From positions 261,888,001 to 261,952,000 of the forward strand of contig CM126206.1 of NCBI GenBank assembly GCA_052327205.1: a DNA stretch of 64,000 nucleotides, read 5' to 3'. The first letter of the stretch is position 1, and each line of letters begins with the position of its first letter. Made by a program: the position numbers and the translations under genes. The notes under the pieces are model-generated. The model worked only from the letters and a program-made list of their open reading frames with translations. It was not told the DNA's origin and searched no databases. This document shows, piece by piece, positions 23,770-37,159 of this stretch. The stretch is from Somniosus microcephalus. Taxonomy: Eukaryota.

Positions 23770-23934
23770 GGGGTAATGTTGACTTTGTGTGGTGATAGTG
23801 TGAAACAGGTGATATTCAGCCATCTGTTATACATCTCTCCTGATTTTCATTTCCAGTGAAGTCAATGCAAGTTAAAATGGGAAGAGCTGTATCGGGGTGC
23901 CTTAATCGATATCGCCCACTTCACACTTTCCCCC
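23770..23934. mobile_element. short MITE related to 41914-42317
   Basis: GGGGTAATGTTGACTTTGTG... is the reverse complement of the right end of the 41914-42317 element. Confidence 0.5.
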
Positions 23935-24204
23935 AAGATGTTTTAGCTCTGGAACAAGGCTGTGCTGGGTGCCTGACACACTGGTGCAACAACATATAAA
24001 GAGTTGAGGGGACATCAGAGGTAATTCCAGGAATTGGAGCAAGGTACTGTACACTTAAACCCAGGTTCAATGTATTAAATAAAATTACATTTAATGGAAA
24101 TAAATCCTTTACAAGTGAAATTAAAAATTAAATTGGCAATTTCAATGTTAAATGCTCATGTTTAGCACATTGATAACTATGGCCCACAAATTAAAGAAAT
24201 AAAC

Positions 24205-24577
24205 AAACAACTTCCATTTATACAGCACCATTGACATCCCAATGTGCTTTACAACAAATGAAATGTTTTTTTGTTAAGTGTAGTCACTGTTGTACTGTAG
24301 GAAACGTGACAGCCAATTTGCATACAGCAGGGTCCCATAAAGCGCAATGAGATAATGACCATATAATCTGTTTTTTATGATGTTGGTTGAGGTATAATTA
24401 TTGGCCAGGACATCAGGGAGAAATTCCCTGCTCTTCTTCAAAATAGTGCCATGGGATCTTTTATGCTCACCTGAGAGGGCAGACGAGACCTCGGTTTAAT
24501 GTTTCATCCAAAAGACGGCACCTCTGACAGTGCAGCACTTAGCCTGGATTATCAGCCTAGATTATGTGCTCAGGTCT
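24205..24577 (-). mobile_element. Deu-domain SINE (SacSINE1/AmnSINE1-like)
   Basis: Reverse complement of the AAAGATCCCATGGCACTATTT...AACAGATTAT..GTCATTAT...AAATTGGCTG core also seen at 47050-47445. Confidence 0.75.
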
Positions 24578-27500
24578 CAATATTAGTGGACAAATGTTTA
24601 ATGTGTATGTAGACACTTCTTTGCTATTTTAATAGGGGCATTAATCCTTTAAAAATAAATGGGTTATTTTTTGTGTTAAAATGGCAAACAAAAGAATCTC
24701 ATATTAAACATTGTCCACTAATATCACCAACACTAATTTCTAAGCTCACATCTTTATTGGTGTACCATAATATACATGATGACTTAATTCCAAACAGTGC
24801 AAGGTAAGAGCTAAGCTGTGTCACGAGACACTTCTGATACTGAGCAAAACGTAATCCCAAGTCAAGATGATATGTTATACGGAATATAAAAATGTATATT
24901 TTGTTTGTATCATAAGTTTTTGGGTAGTAAAGTATGGTGCCAAAATTTTTAAGCTGTTTTAACAATGTATTGTGCAAAGTTATAAAAGATTACAATCTTG
25001 AAAGTAAATCCCAAGCCACTTTATTTATTTCCATTACTTCTAATGTTATTCAATATATTAAAACTGGGCTTATGTGTACACTTTCTGAATAATGATAATG
25101 TATTTCCTTTGTGATGGCAGTGAACAGATAAATTGCAATTTTAAGAAAGCCCTGATACTTGAGCCTTTCTCAATGGGCGAGCAGATTGTGGAATCAGTTA
25201 AGAAGGCCAGCCTGCCTGATGTGCAGTGCTCCCGATTTCCAGCTATTAGTCTCCAAATATCTACGTAGTGAATTCTTTATGGATTCTTTCTAAAATCACA
25301 ATTTTTTTGGATTTTACACAGATTTGCAATCTTATTTATTTGGTTTTGCAATCTCCTCTCCTGGACAATTCATTTTGTAAAATAATATATTGGCTTCCAA
25401 TGTGAATTTAGCAATATATACTAAGCAACTACTGCAGAGCATTGCTCGCCAGTGTACCTATTATCACAACTCCAAATCAGATTAGGAGCAATGCACTCCA
25501 TTGAAGATCATTGCCTCCAGTGGAAAATAGCATTAATGGTCATTAACCAGCTCCTTAATTGCATCTTTGAAATTAACTGGTTAATTCCTCTGTGAAAATA
25601 GCATTTGTACATTAATATCACATAACATGATTTCATCTCTCTGGTCTACATACAGACTTGACTGTGCTCCAAGTGTCGCAGCATAAGCCAACCAACATCG
25701 GTAAATTCTTCTATGGTATGCTGTGTGCTGCATGACCTAGCAGTTCTGAAGGGTATCCACATAAAAATAACTGAGCAGACCCATGCCCATACCATTTGGT
25801 GGAATGGCCTCCACTGAGGCTGATGACTAATTGGCAAGAAATTTTGCAGCAGTCACATTGAACAACCCTTCAGCTGAAGTAAACTCTTCCCCAATGTGAC
25901 CTCAGTTAAGCACACTTTCTGCTGTCGTACTATTGTGAGCCAACCTATTACAAACTGGTGCCATCTGAACTTGTGCCAACTTAATTCTTTAAACTAAATA
26001 AGGGAGTGGGGAGGGTCGCGCTGGAGAGAAATCTAGAATGCTAAAGAGAAAAGACAAGGAAGCAGTGCAGGAAAGTGATTGGGGTAAGGATAACCAGATT
26101 GTATCAGGAACGGACAGAGCGTACAAACAAAGGAGTGCACGAACAAATAGGGTCCGGGTAAGAAAAAATGGTAAGACAAATAGGGCCATAGTACAAAAAA
26201 ATGTTAAGATGTCTAAAAATGTTAAGACAAATCTAAAGGCACTGTATCTGAATGCACAAAGCATTCATAATAAGGTAGACGAATTAACAGCGCAAATAGA
26301 TGTAAATGGATACGATGTAATTGCGATTACAGAGACATGGCTGCAGGGTGACCAAGGCTGGGAGCTGAATATCCAAGGATATTTGATATTTAGGAAGGAC
26401 AGGCATAAAGGAAAAGGAGGTGGGGTGGCGTTGTTAGTAAAGGATGAAATCAGAGTAATAGTGAGAAAGGATATTTGCTCAGAAAATCAAGATGTAGAAT
26501 CAGTCTAGGTGGAGCTAAGAAGCACCAAGGGGCAGACAACATTGGTGGGAGTTGTCTATAGGCCTCCAAACAGTAGTGGTAATGTAGGGGATGGCATCAA
26601 ACAGGAAATTAGAGATGCATGTAACAAGGGTACTACAGTAATCATGGGTGACTTTAATCTACATATAGACTGGCCAAACCAACTTAGCAATAATACTGTG
26701 GAGGATGAATTCCTGGAGTGTGTACAAGATGGTTTTTTAGACCAGTACGTTGAGGCGCCAATTAGGGAGCAGGCTATCCTAGATTGGGTATTGTGCAATG
26801 AGAAGGGGTTAATTAATAATCTTGTTGTGCGGGGTCCTTTAGGGAAGAGTGACCATAACAAGGTAGAATTCTTCATTAAGATGGAAAGTGAAGAATTCCA
26901 AGCCGAAACTAGGATCCTAAATCTAAACAAAGGAAACTATGACGGTATGAGGAGTGAGTTGGCTATGATAGATTGGGGAGCTTCATTAAAAGGCGTGACA
27001 GTGGATAGGCAATGGTTAATATTTAAGGAACGAATGCATGAATTGCAACAGTTACACATTCCTTTCTGGCGCAAAAACACAAAAGGAAAAGTGGCCCAAC
27101 CATGGCTAAAAAAAGAAATTAAGGATAGTATTAGGTCCAAAGAGGAGTCATATAAAGTTGCCAGAAAAAGTAGCAAGCCTGAGGATTGGGAGCAGTTTAG
27201 AGTTCAGCAAAAAAGGACTAAGAGATTGATTAAGAGGGGAAAAATAGAGTGAGAGTAAACTTGCAAGGAACATAAAAGCGGACTGTAAAAGCCTCCACAA
27301 GTATGTAAAAAGAAAAAGATTAGTGAAGACAAATGTGGGTCCCTTACAGTCAGAAACGGGAGAATTTATAATGGGGAACAAGGAAATGGCAGAGCAATTA
27401 AACAAATATTGTGGTTCTGTCTTCATGGAAGAGGACAAATAACTTCCCAGAAATGCTAGGGAACCAAGGGTCTAGTGAGAAGGAGGAATTAAAGGAAATT

Positions 27501-28381
27501 AGTATTAGTAAAAAAATAGTGCTGGAGAAATTAATGGGACTGAAAGCTGATAAATCCCCATGGTCTGATAATCTGCATCCCAGAGTACTAAAAGAGGTAG
27601 CCATGGAAATAGTGGATGCATTGGTTGTCATCTTCCAAAATTCTATAGATTATGGAACAGTTCCTGCAGATTGGAGGATGGCAAATGTAACCCCATTATT
27701 TGAAAAAGGAGAGAGAGAGAAAACAGGCAACTACATCAGTAGCCTAACATCAGTAGTCGGGAAAATGCTAGAGTCTATTATAAAGGATGTGATAACAGGA
27801 CACTTAGAAAATATCAACGGGATTAGACAAAGTCAACATGGATTTATGAAAGGGAAATCATGTTTGACAATCCTACTGGAGTTTTTTGAGGATGTAACTG
27901 GTAGAATAGATAAGGGAGAACCAGTGGCTGTGGTGTATTTGGATTTTCAGAAGGCCTTTGATAAAGTCCCACATAAGAGGTTAGTGTGCAAAATTAAAGC
28001 ACATGGGATTGGGGGTAATATACAGGCATGGATTGAAAATTGGTTAACAGACAGGAAACAGAGAGTAGGAATAAATGAGTCTTTTTCGGGGTGACAGGCG
28101 GTGACTAGTGGGGTACCGCAGGGATCAGTGCTTGGGCCCCAGCTATTCACAATATATATCAATGATTTGGATGAGGGAACCAAATGTAATATTTCCAAGT
28201 TTGCTGACAACACGAAACTAGGTGGGATTGTGAGTTGTGAGGAGGATGCAAAGAGGCTTCAAGGTGATTTAGACAAGTTGAGTGAGTGGGCAATACATGG
28301 CAGATGCAGTATAACGTGGATAAATATGAAGTTATCCACTTCGGTATGAAAAACAGAAAGGCAGAGTATTATTTAAATGGA

Positions 28382-28817
28382 AATAACAACAGAAAATGCT
28401 GGAAAAACTCAGCAGGTCAGGCAACATCCGTGGAGAGAAATTTGAGTTGACGTTTCGGGTTTGACCCTTCTTCAAAACTGGAGAGAAAAGGAACTAGATC
28501 GAAGGCAGGGCTGCGATCGGACAAAAGAATAAAAGAACCAAAAGAAGTAAAAGAGATTAGAAGCTAGACGAGATGGTAATAGGCTGGGATTAGGTGTAAA
28601 GTGTACTGGCAGGGCAAAAGATAGCTGCCAGGTGTGAGAGAGAAACCGATCGCAGCCCTGCCTTCGATCTAGTTCCTTTTCTCTCCAGTTTTGAAGAAGG
28701 GTCAAACCCGAAACGTCAACTCAAATTTCTCTCCACGGATGTTGCCTGACCTGCTGAGTTTTTCCAGCATTTTCTGTTGTTATTTCGGATTTCCAACATC
28801 TGCAGTATTTTGCTATC
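28382..28817. mobile_element. Penelope-like fold-back (inverted terminal) insertion
   Basis: Arms 28381-28520 and 28646-28785 are reverse complements; flanking duplication GTATTATTTAAATGGA (28366-28381 and 28818-28833); same family as 229-692. Confidence 0.88.
28687..28721 (+). ncRNA. variant minimal type I hammerhead ribozyme motif (also 28445-28479 and 326-360 on -)
   Basis: AGTT-TTGAAGA-AGGGT(CAA)ACCC-GAAAC-GTC-AACT: stem I, a CUGANGA-like core with C3>U, stem II, and GAAACGUC as in PLE minimal hammerheads. Confidence 0.6.
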
Positions 28818-29650
28818 GTATTATTTAAATGGAGATGGATTGGGAAATGTTGATGTACAAGGGGACCTGGGTGTCCTTGTACACCAGTCACTGAAAGCAA
28901 ACATGCAGATGCAGCAAGCAGTTAGGAAGGCAAATGGTATGTTGGCCTTCATTGCAAGAGGATTTGAGTACAGGAGCAAGGATGTCTTACTACAGTTGTA
29001 CAGGGCCTTGGCGAGACCACACCTGGAGTACTGTGTGCAGTTTTGGTCTCCTTACCTAAGAAAGGATATATTTGCCATAGAGGGAGTGCAGCGAAGGTTC
29101 ACCAGACTGATTCCTGGGATGGCAGGACTGTCATATGAGGAGAGATTGGGTCACCTCGGTCTGTATTCACTAGAGTTTGGAAGATTGAGAGGGGATCTCA
29201 TTGAAACATATAAAATTCTGACAGGGCTAGACAGGGAGGATGTTTCCCCTGGCTGGGGGGGTCTAGAACGAGGGGTCGCAGTCTCAGGATAAGGGGTAGG
29301 ACATTTAGGACTGAGATGAGAAGAAATTTCTTCACTCAGAGGGTGGTGAACCTGTGGAATTCTCTACCACAGAAGGCTGTGGAGGCCAAGTCATTGAATA
29401 TATTTAAGAAGGAGATAGATAGATTTCTAGACACAAAAGGCATCAAGGGATATGGGGAGAGAGCGGGAATATGGTATTGAGATAGAGGATCAGCCATGAT
29501 CATATTGAATGGAGGAGCAGGCTCAAAGGACCGAATGGCCTACTCCTGCTCCTATTTTTTCTATGTTTCTAATTCCTATGCTAAACTATACACAAAAATG
29601 GCTGAACTAATGACATCCTGAGGTTGTGAAAGGCGTTCTATAACTGCAAG

Positions 29651-32600
29651 TGTAGTGTCCGTGTGTAGATAAAGACACTGAAGACAGGAGTTGGTTCATA
29701 GGTATTTACTAAGCAAGTCTGGGGGGGGTTTCTAAAGGATATACACAATACACAGGCTTATATAGCCCAAGTGGCAATTACCGGCATTACGCACACCTGG
29801 GGCTCTTAAAGGCACATACACCATAATTGCTCTAAAAGGCACATACACCACAATTCCTCCCCTTCTAGCTAACTAGTACATCATATTTTAAGTAATTATT
29901 AATTACATGTTATATGCAAAATAATATACATTGCTGTATTAATTAATTATAAGTTAGTCTCTCAGGAGGCTTCCTGACTCGGTCCGGATAACGCCTCGGG
30001 GGTGTAGTAGTTTCTGGTGGTGTAGTAGGTTCTTCTGGCAAGGCTGATTCGGCTTGAAGGCCAGTGTCGGGTTCATCGGGCTCCAGTATCACCGGATCGG
30101 AGGTAGATATGGGTATCTCTACTTCATCGTTAGATGTATAGAGTGGTGATGTAGGTTGTCCCTTTTCGGATGACTTGATGATTTGGTCAGCATGGCGCCT
30201 TATTATGCTGTCTCCGATGTCCACGGTATACATCAGTGGTCCTAATCGTGTGCAGATAGTTCCAGGCTGCCATTTCTCGGTACGGTAGTCCCAGGCCAAA
30301 ACCGGTTGGCCTATCTGGAAGGCCCTAGTTGGCCTTTCATTCATGCCCTGAAACTGCCGGTTCTCCACGTCCCTTCGGATGTTGGGCTTGACCAAATCCA
30401 GCCGGCATCTTAGGTTTCTATTGTAGAACATCATGGCGGGAGTTTGGTTAGTAACCATATGCGTTGCATTCCTATATGCAAATAAGAAGTTATCCACCTT
30501 GTGCTGAAGTTTTATGTCTTCATTACCCATGGCCTTGATGGCCTTCTTGAAGGTCTGGACAAACCTTTCAGCCAATCCATTGGTGACGGGATGGTATGGG
30601 GCGGACGTGTAGTGCTTTACCCCATTGTTCTTTAAGAACTTTCTGAATTCTTCGGACACAAATTGCGGTCCATTATCAGAACATATCTGCTCCGGCAGCC
30701 CATTCCTGGCAAATATGGTCCTTAATACTGTGATGGTTTTTTCCGTGGTGGTGGAGGACATCTTTATTACCTCCGGCCACTTGGAGTGTGCATCAACTGC
30801 GATTAAGAACATTGAGTCCATAAATGGACCAGCAAAGTCGATGTGCACCCTTTGCCAGGGAGATGAGGGCCACTCCCATGGATGTAGAGGGGCCTGTGGC
30901 GGAGCACTTTGGACCTTCTGGCATCCTAGGCAGCTCTTGGTCATGTCTTCGATGTCTCCATCGATACCTGGCCACCATACAAACGCCCTAGCTAGGTTCT
31001 TCATTTTCACTCCACCCAGATGCCCCTCGTGAAGCTCCTTTAGCACTTTATCCTGGTGTTTGGGTGGAATCACCACTCTGGATCCACACATCAAGGTTCC
31101 TCGGCACACTGACAGCTGTTCTCTTCTTTGCGAGAATGCTGGCAACAGTGGTTCGTCATGTGCTGGCCATTCCTTCACTGTTAAATCGTAGACCCGTGAG
31201 AGAATAGGGTCATTTCTTGTCTCCCTTTCAATGGCAGAATTTGTCACCGGTAGACATTCCACTATGGTAGAGTGGAATATCTCTACTGGGTCTACTGTAG
31301 GTGCCTCTTCTATCGTTGGCAACGGTAGGCGTGATAAACCGTCAGCATTCCCATGCTGTTTTGACCCTTTGTATTCAATGTTGTATTGGTGTGCCCCTAG
31401 AAAAAGGGACCACCTCTGTAGTCTTTGTGCCGTCATAATGGGGACACCTTTTTTAGGGTTGAATATGGAGATGAGGGGTTGATGGTCAGTCAGCAAGGTA
31501 AATTTTTGTCCGTGTAGGTAATGGTTGAATTTCTTCACTCCCCATACCAGGCTGAGTGCTTCCCTGTCTATCTGGGCATAGTTACGCTCAGCTGAGTTCA
31601 ATGAGCGTGACGCAAAAGCTATCGGCCGTTCCGAGCCATCAGGGAATCTATGGGACAATACCGCTCCTATGCCGTAAGGGGATGCATCGCACGCCAGTCT
31701 GATTGGTAGTGATGGGTTGTAATGAGCCAAAATTTTCTCGGATGTGATTAAGTCTTTACATTTATGGAAGGCACGTTTACAGTCTTCGTTCCATTTCCAA
31801 ATCACTCCTGTCTGTAGAAGATCATTAAGAGGGTGTAGAATAGTTGATAAGTTCGGTAAAAATTTATGATAGTAATTTATTAATCCCAGGAATGACCTTA
31901 ATTGTGAAACATTTTCAGGTGCTGGGGCTTTTATAACTGCTTCAATTTTTTCAGGTGACTTATGCAACCCTTCCTTATTAATTATGTGGCCACAATATGA
32001 TATCTGATTTTGGAAAAATTCGCACTTGGGACGATTTGCTCGTAGGCCCCGTTCTTTCAGCCTAGTGATCACCTGCTCCAAATTGGCAAGGTGCTCGTTG
32101 TCGTTTTCTCCTGTTATAAGGATGTCGTCTAGGTAGCATTGAGTCCCCGGAATCCCTTGCAGGACTTGCTCCATAGCTCTTTGCCAGATAGCTGGAGCTG
32201 ATGCTATTCCAAAAACCAGTCAATTGTACTGGTACAGGCCTTTGTGTGTGTTTATTGTGTGATACTTTTTAGAGGTCTCCTCAACCTCCATCTGTAGATA
32301 TGCCTGTGCCAAGTCAATTTTTGTGAAACGTTTCCCTCCGGATAGTGAGGCGAAAATATCTTCTATCCTCGGAAGAGGATACTGTACCGTGTGAAGGACC
32401 GGGTTTACAGTCACCTTAAAGTCCCCACAGATGCGAATGTTTTTCTGTTCCTCAGAGTTATTTTTCAATGTTTTTTTCATGACTGGAACGATGGGTGTTA
32501 CCCATTCGCTCCAATCTATTTTGGATAATACGCCTGCCTTTTCCAAATTCTTCAGCTCTGCCTCGACTGCCGGACGTATTGCGTATGGCACCGGTCTTGC

Positions 32601-34572
32601 CTTAAAAATTTTTGGAATTGCTGTATCTTCCACTTTTATTGAGGCGGTGATGCCTTTCAAGGTTCCTAGTTTCTCTTGAAACACTTCTTTGGCGTTGGCC
32701 AAGATATCGTTTAATCGTTCAGGTATGATGTCATCATTGTTTTTTTCCTTACTGGTCACCGTCAGTGCCTGAATGGAGTGCCAGTCTAATCGTATCTTCC
32801 TTATCCATTCACGTCCCAACAACGGTGGACCACCATCTTGTAGAATGTATAAATACAACTTTTGTATTTCTTTGCCGTTGTATACCACAGGCACCCTTAT
32901 TTTTCCTTTGGGGTAGACTTTCTGCCCCGTATATGTTTTTAAGATAATGGATGTGTCTTTTAGAGGTATATGCGAAAATAGCCTCTCGTAATCTCGTCGA
33001 TTTATTACGGTTAGAGCTGATCCTGTATCTAGCTCCATTTTAACTGGGGACCCTGCTATTGTGAGGGTAACCCAAATGGTTTGGTAATCCTCTTTGGCAA
33101 GTACATTATGTAATTTGAGACAGCTTAGTCTCTTGTTTCCGGAGTCGCTATCGCTATTCTGGTCTTCGGAGCTATTGTCCGTCATCATTTGTACCTTCCT
33201 GTACTTTTCTTTATTGATTTTTTGTTTTCTGTCAGTGGATTTATTTTGTCCGGATTGGCATACCCGTGCAATGTGTCCAATCTTACCACATTGCCTGCAT
33301 GCTTTGCCCTTGAACCAGCAGTCCCTCTGGTTATGGGTGGATCTGCCGCAGCGATAACATCTTCCGAACTCCTGTGTCATTTTATGGGTGCCGAAGTCCT
33401 GTGTCTCTTGTTGTATCTCTGCAGCTCCTTTTGCTGCTGCTTCGTATGATACAGCCATACTGAAAGCTTTGTCCAATGTTAAATCTTTTTCAGAAAGCAG
33501 TCTTTTTTGTGTTCCTTCACTTAAGAGACCGCAAACAAATTTGTCTCGAAGATAATCCGATAGTCCTGCTCCGAATTGGCAGTACTTTGATAGCTTTCTT
33601 AATTCGGTTAGGTAATCAGCGTTACTTTCATTCTTGTGTTGATTTCTCTTGAAGAACTTGAATCGTTCCGCTATCAGCAGCGGTGTTGGGTTTAAATGCT
33701 CCTGCAGGGTATCAACAATTTCTTTAAAAGTCTTGTCCTTTGGTTTGGCTGGAGTGATTAAATTTCGTAACAGCCCGTATGTCTTCGCGCCCATTAAGTT
33801 CAGAAGTACTGAAGCTTTTTTTTCATCTGTTATTCCATTAGCAGTGCAATAAACCTCTACTCTTTCCATGTATGTGGTCCAATCTTCTATTTCGCCATCA
33901 AAAGCCTCAATATTACCAGATTTAGGCATTTCAGAAAAGATATGGCGCTTCCCGCGCTTTTTTTTTTTCTCTCTCTGTAGCAACGATATGGCGCTTCCCG
34001 CGCTTTCCCGCCGCTGCTACCGATAACAACGCTGTTTTACTGTGGTTTCCGTTTATTCACTGTTGGAGACTCGTTCCCGACGGAGGTCTAAACGCTGACC
34101 TGCTTGCCGCGCCGGCCGTCTCTCAAGTGCACCCTCCCAGTCCGTTATTGCTTGCCTCCGATTTCGCTGCCTGTCTCAGCTGTAGAGCCCGCCGCTGGAG
34201 CTCCAGCCTGACGCCCAGGAAGGATTAGCGCAGTACCTGTCACCAGCTTGGCCAGCTGGTGAAACCACAGTTTCTCTTACTTCCTTGAGTCTTCTGGACG
34301 CTGGAGGAATCGATGTCCTTGAGGTGCTGCCGAATTGCAGGTAAGTCCATTTCCACTTCGTCGCCACTGTAGTGTCCGTGTGTAGATAAAGACACTGAAG
34401 ACAGGAGTTGGTTCATAGGTATTTACTAAGCAAGTCTGGGGGGGGGGGTTTCTAAAGGATATACACAATACACAGGCTTATATAGCCCAAGTGGCAATTA
34501 CCGGCATTACGCACACCTGGGGCTCTTAAAGGCACATACACCATAATTGCTCTTAAAGGTACATACACCACA
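29651..34572 (-). mobile_element. full-length Ty3/Gypsy LTR retrotransposon, Mag-type
   Basis: LTRs 29651-29852 and 34368-34572 (TG...CA); 5-bp TSD GCAAG; PBS TGGCGACGA (tRNA-Ser-like); PPT AGAAGGGGAGGAA; gag with two CCHC knuckles. Confidence 0.96.
29943..33930 (-). pseudogene. gag-pol (Gag, PR, RT, RNase H, IN) with a single in-frame TGA at 32220-32222
   Basis: ORFs 32220-33983 and 29943-32174 share one frame; LDTGS, YLDD, DAS, HHCC and D-D-E motifs; the sister element has CGA (Arg) at the stop position. Confidence 0.9.
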
Positions 34573-35114
34573 GCAAGTATTTCTTTTTATGGTACAGGAA
34601 TCAAGAACATTATCTGAACGTTTTAAAATTTGATACAAAAAAAAGGTGAATTCACCTCAGATTTATTGGGTGAAGGGTTCATTTCACAGATGCCGATTTC
34701 AACTCTGCTGAACCTGGACATATTTTGAGGTTCAGCTATTTTAAGTGTTACAGTTTAGTGCTGTATGGCTTTAAAACCTCAGATGTAGAACTTGCACAGG
34801 ATAGGAGGCAGGAAGCTATGTGCTTCGAGCTTACAGCAGAGCAAAAGCAAATAGGAGTTTAGCATCAATTGCATCTGTTTTTGCACCACCCACACAGTAT
34901 AGGCATATGCAAAAAACTACTTTTAAAATTGGTGAATGTAATGACAAATAATCTCTAAATCATTGAGCTGAATGTTGCTGGCTGTCCATTGAAAGATCTT
35001 CTGATCTCACGCCATAGCCTAGCAATGCCCAATATCCAATTTCTATGGGTGATCCTCAAACTAGGCCTCAGCTTCATTGCTTCATTGGCTTCAGAAAATG
35101 ACAGTGAAGACGAT

Positions 35115-35878
35115 GGCCCAGAAATTCGGCTCTCCACGGGTGAGTACGCACGGGGTACTCACCCATAGGCCGAATGGAAGTGCGGGTTTCCTGCATGCAC
35201 TGCGCATACGCGGGAAACCGGCACTTCCGATCCTCTGAACGAAGGGGTTCAGAGGTCGAATGCGCACGCAGAGGAGGCTGCGCGTGCGCTTTGAACTTAG
35301 TTTTTTTTTGCAGGTTTTCACGCGAGGTTAAGCCTGTAGGATTTACACATTTAAAAAGCAGGCGTAAGGCCTGCTTTTTACAAGGTAAGTGGTCAATTAA
35401 TTAAAATTAAAACATTTTTTCCACAGGTTTATTATTTTTAAATACTTTAAAGCAAGGTAAGTTTATTTTTAGCCCCGTTTTTTTATAAAATTATTTTTTT
35501 CAAAAATTAGATTATTGTTTAAAATAGTTATTTAATGTAATTTGTAGTTTATTGAAAAAGTGTGATTTAAAAAAAAAAATTATTTGAAGGTTTAATGCTA
35601 TTTTGAGCCCCGTAGTATTCATAAGTTTAGACAGCCTTCCTGTCAATCTTATGAATGGGCTTTTCCCTCCTCCGATTGGCTGCCCATGGCTCACGTGATC
35701 CCAGGGGACGCATCGCACTAACTACGCCCCTGGGACACGCAAGCACAGCGCGCCGGCCTCTGGGCCAGGCCCCGGAGCGGAATTCCACGGGGCCCTACAG
35801 CTCAACTGCCGTCGCGCAAGGTAAGTGCAGGTCGGGGGCTTGCACCCGCGGAAAGCCTCCGACCCGAATTTCTGGGCC
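35115..35878. mobile_element. Harbinger-type MITE (family of 44316-45073)
   Basis: Perfect inverted termini (AT)GGCCCAGAAATTCGG; GC-rich arms with an AT-rich centre; no clear TSD. Confidence 0.8.
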
Positions 35879-35883
35879 ATTGT

Positions 35884-36368
35884 GGCCTAGAAATTAGGCT
35901 CCCCACTGAAAGTTGGTTTTCCCTGAGTTTTTTAAATACTTACCCCACAATAAACGAACGCGGGCTGCTGCCAGACACCGACACACACCCTGAAACGCTG
36001 TCACTCCCCCGATTGACACCGACGCCATCCTGATTGCTGCCGCTACCTCCCCGTCCCCCTTGCCCCTCCCACGGCCACCGCTACCACCCGACCCAGACGC
36101 CTCCCCCTTCCCGGTCACCCCCCCACTTCCTCATTTACCTGAGGACAGCTGCTGGCGTCGCAGTGGCCCAATCTTCTATCAAGCTTCGCTGACGAGCTGC
36201 AGTTCACTAGCTCGATGGAAATGAGGCTCGAGGCCCAAAATCGGAGGATCCTTGGACCTCACCATTTAGCTGTGACTCCCGCTCCCGCTCCTACTCCCGC
36301 TGCCGCTCCCGCCCTCTCCTCCACGCCCAAGCCCAAGCCCAAAAATGGCCGTGCCAAATTTATAGGCC
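35884..36368. mobile_element. Harbinger-type MITE
   Basis: TIR GGCCTA(G/T)AAATT; TSD TGT (35881-35883 and 36369-36371). Confidence 0.7.
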
Positions 36369-36746
36369 TGTGTCATTATGCCCAACTCATTTAAGTGCCT
36401 TGTAAATGCTTCCACGTGCTTCAGGATTGAGCTTCCCACCGGCCGGTTTGGCCCCTGAAAATATGCAAAATACACGAAAGGGTTATCGGTCTCCACCCAT
36501 TTTTCTATTCAAAATCCCTCAGGAACTGGAGCACAAGGGAAATACAGACAGGAAACCAGGCCTGGGATGTCTGTAATCATACCTTTACACCTATATGGAT
36601 TTATCCACTGCACAATGGAAATAGTTTTTGCACAGTGAAACATATTGGCACTTTAGCCCAGTGAAGTTATAAAATTGGGCTCCAGTTGCTTATCATTGGT
36701 TCATTGTCACCCCATAAGTCTGAAAATAACCATTTTTTTTTTTACT

Positions 36747-37159
36747 GGCCCAGAATTTGTGGTCAGCTGTGAAGCAAAGCCGTTTGGGGCTCTCACATGG
36801 GGAAAAGGCAACTTTGAAATAAAGATGGAGAAACTTAAAAAAAAAATTTGAAAGGTCTAATTTTAGTGGGGAATTTAATGGCGGTATAGCCAAAGTTTTC
36901 ATCAGTTTCCATGATTTGACAGATTACACTGATTGCTGGCTCTCAGGGGTGGGGCAGGCAGTGGTGGTGGAGGTGGAGGTTGGGGCGGGGGAGGGTCCAC
37001 AGCGCAGCCTGTGGAGGAGCAGTGACTGACAGACCACAACTTCAGGATTTCTGCGTTAGGCTGGGCATGCGCTAAATCCTGAAGTTGCGGTCAGTTTCAA
37101 AGGTGAAATGACGGCGAATGCTGCCAGTTCGCCGTCATCAGGACCACAAATTATAGGGC
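36747..37159. mobile_element. Harbinger-type MITE whose right TIR is the target of the LTR element
   Basis: GCCCAGAATTTGTGGTC / GACCACAAATTATAGGGC; internal inverted repeat CAACTTCAGGATTT...AAATCCTGAAGTTG. Confidence 0.7.

Larger units (their letters stand above)
25995..29569 (+). mobile_element. CR1 LINE with nearly complete but disrupted ORF2 (APE endonuclease and RT)
   Basis: LYLNAQSI, AITETW, GGGVAL, VYRPP, MGDFN, SDHN, then RT motifs; in-frame stop at 26506-26508 and frameshifts; Penelope insertion at about 28382-28817; tail ends about 29569. Confidence 0.93.
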
